From assembly GCA_016196885.1 (NCBI GenBank), contig JACPWU010000018.1, forward strand, positions 1-26,169: a stretch of 26,169 bases of DNA, written 5' to 3'. Below are positions 25,071-26,169 of this stretch, in pieces. Source of the DNA: Chlamydiota bacterium (GTDB lineage Bacteria; Auribacterota; JACPWU01). The position numbers were made by a program, and so were the translations under genes. Position 1 is the stretch's first letter. Every line of letters begins with the position of its first letter. A model generated the notes under the pieces. It was not told where the DNA came from, did no database searches, and saw only the letters and a list, made by a program, of their open reading frames with translations.

Positions 25071-26159
25071 GTGACGATTCTGTCTCGATTGATCCAAAAA
25101 TGCATCAGCTTGGTATTATGTCTTTCTTTCCTAACTTATGATATCACAGTGAGTTATGGTCAAGACATGCAGATTTCTGGCATGGTGAAGGCTTCTTCTA
25201 CCCCTGTTGAGTTCAAAGAGCTACTCGAAAACATTCAAATTCCCAATGAAATAGGTGAAATCATTGACCAAAAAATAGTTCCCAATCGACCCATGCTTTA
25301 CATCATTGAAGACATTCACTGCCACAGTGAGGTTCAGGCGAATATTGCAAGGATATTAAAACAGTTAGAAGTTAAAAGTTCAAAGTTGGAAGAAAAAAAT
25401 AAAGAGACCTTTAAAACTTCCAACTTCCAACATCTAACTTCTAACCGTTTTTACGTCTTTTCCGAAGGCTCTGTCAACAAGATGGACATGAGCTTCTTTA
25501 CCGGATTCCCTGACAAAGAGGCCCTACAAAAGGCGCAAAGCAAATTCATAAAAGACCATTCCATTAATGGAGTGGAGGCCTTTCTGATAGGAGAAGGAAA
25601 TCATATGGCAGAAGGTCTCGGTGCAGAAGACCTATCAGCTTATGTCGACAACATCAAATTCATGGGCGAATTTATGGAAGAGAAAGAGCTTCAGGAACAG
25701 GTCTGGAGTAATCTCGAAGAAACTTTTAAAAATTTGAGAAAAAAGATTTATTCTCCCGAATTATTAGAACTCATGAATAAACGGGATCAATATAGCCAAT
25801 TCAAAATAGGGGTGAAGGAATATGTTTCTTATCTATTGGATGAAGAATCTAAGTCTTCTCAATATCCAACCATTCAAAAATTCACAGAACTCCAAGTTCT
25901 CGAAGAAGAAACAGACATATCAAAAGTAGAAAGTGAATACCTTGCATTCCTTTCTGAATTAGAAAAGAAGCTTCCCAAAGAAGAATTAAACGAAGTTTTG
26001 AAAAATGTCTTAGAACATCGGTTGGGGAGAATCAGTGATCAGGAGCATTATTTGTTTTTAAGTCGATATCTAGACGCGGAAGGTGGAGAGGGTTTCTCCC
26101 CTCTTTTTTTCAATCCCACAGGAACTATAAAATCTCGAGAGGGGTCGGGGGGGAGTTAG
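25071..26159 (+). CDS. hypothetical secreted/membrane-anchored protein, Glu/Lys-rich
   Basis: 362-aa ORF from GTG with GAGGAG 9 nt upstream and a hydrophobic signal-like N-terminus (CISLVLCLSFL). I recognise no family with confidence. It contains an in-frame heptad hairpin (25364-25445), and its 3' end runs into a G-rich repeat, so the true stop and extent are uncertain. Confidence 0.55.
   Translation: MTILSRLIQKCISLVLCLSFLTYDITVSYGQDMQISGMVKASSTPVEFKELLENIQIPNEIGEIIDQKIVPNRPMLYIIEDIHCHSEVQANIARILKQLEVKSSKLEEKNKETFKTSNFQHLTSNRFYVFSEGSVNKMDMSFFTGFPDKEALQKAQSKFIKDHSINGVEAFLIGEGNHMAEGLGAEDLSAYVDNIKFMGEFMEEKELQEQVWSNLEETFKNLRKKIYSPELLELMNKRDQYSQFKIGVKEYVSYLLDEESKSSQYPTIQKFTELQVLEEETDISKVESEYLAFLSELEKKLPKEELNEVLKNVLEHRLGRISDQEHYLFLSRYLDAEGGEGFSPLFFNPTGTIKSREGSGGS
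25364..25445. repeat. heptad-based hairpin (AGTTNNA / AACTTCC family) inside the predicted ORF
   Basis: Arms 25364-25392 and 25417-25445 are complementary at 25 of 29 positions (11 perfect bp outside, 9 perfect bp inside), with a 24-nt A-rich loop. TTTTT lies at 25448-25452. Confidence 0.8.
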
Positions 26160-26169
26160 GGGCTGGAGG
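26138..26169. repeat. possible partial third copy of the G-rich element at the window edge
   Basis: GAGAGGGGTCGGGGGGGAGTTAGGGGCTGGAGG resembles GGGAGGGGTTAGGGGAGGGTG of copy A. It is truncated by the window end and the similarity is only moderate. Confidence 0.35.

Noticed and set aside
3412-25445. Whether the short tandem and inverted repeats could be a CRISPR array or degenerate CRISPR remnants.
   Set aside because: The units are 7 nt with no unique spacers. The arrays are under 110 nt and scattered singly between genes, and no cas genes are present.

Overview
The window is a long, almost entirely co-directional (+ strand) housekeeping array from an AT-leaning, unidentified bacterium. It holds a histidine operon (hisD-C-B-H-A-F-I) that runs directly into a tryptophan operon (trpE-G-D-C-F ... 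trpB-A). Downstream follow manC, ruvX, an M16 peptidase, rpe, lepA, lepB, a divergent ClpX-like ATPase and a CCA-adding enzyme. A small accessory patch lies at the 3' end: minus-strand hicB-hicA, a remnant of a DUF4143-type ATPase, and a secreted hypothetical protein. Most gene calls rest on clear catalytic motifs in the translations. I saw no rRNA, tRNA or CRISPR array.

Three things are not ordinary:
- Nearly every intergenic spacer, and one site inside an ORF, is filled by hairpins or tandem arrays built from degenerate 7-nt units. Each locus uses a different heptad family.
- The trp operon is split between trpF and trpB by an AAA_14/DUF4143-type ATPase that has its own promoter and a perfect 16-bp palindrome. 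Upstream of it sits a 271-bp GC-rich structured element closed by perfect 24-bp inverted repeats.
- A G-rich roughly 95-118 bp palindromic element occurs twice in opposite orientation about 10.2 kb apart, with a possible third partial copy at the window end.

I see no recognisable multi-gene novel defence or mobile system. The repeat architecture and the trp-operon insertion are the best candidates for follow-up. All repeat statements come from reading the sequence by eye; no statistics or database searches were run.
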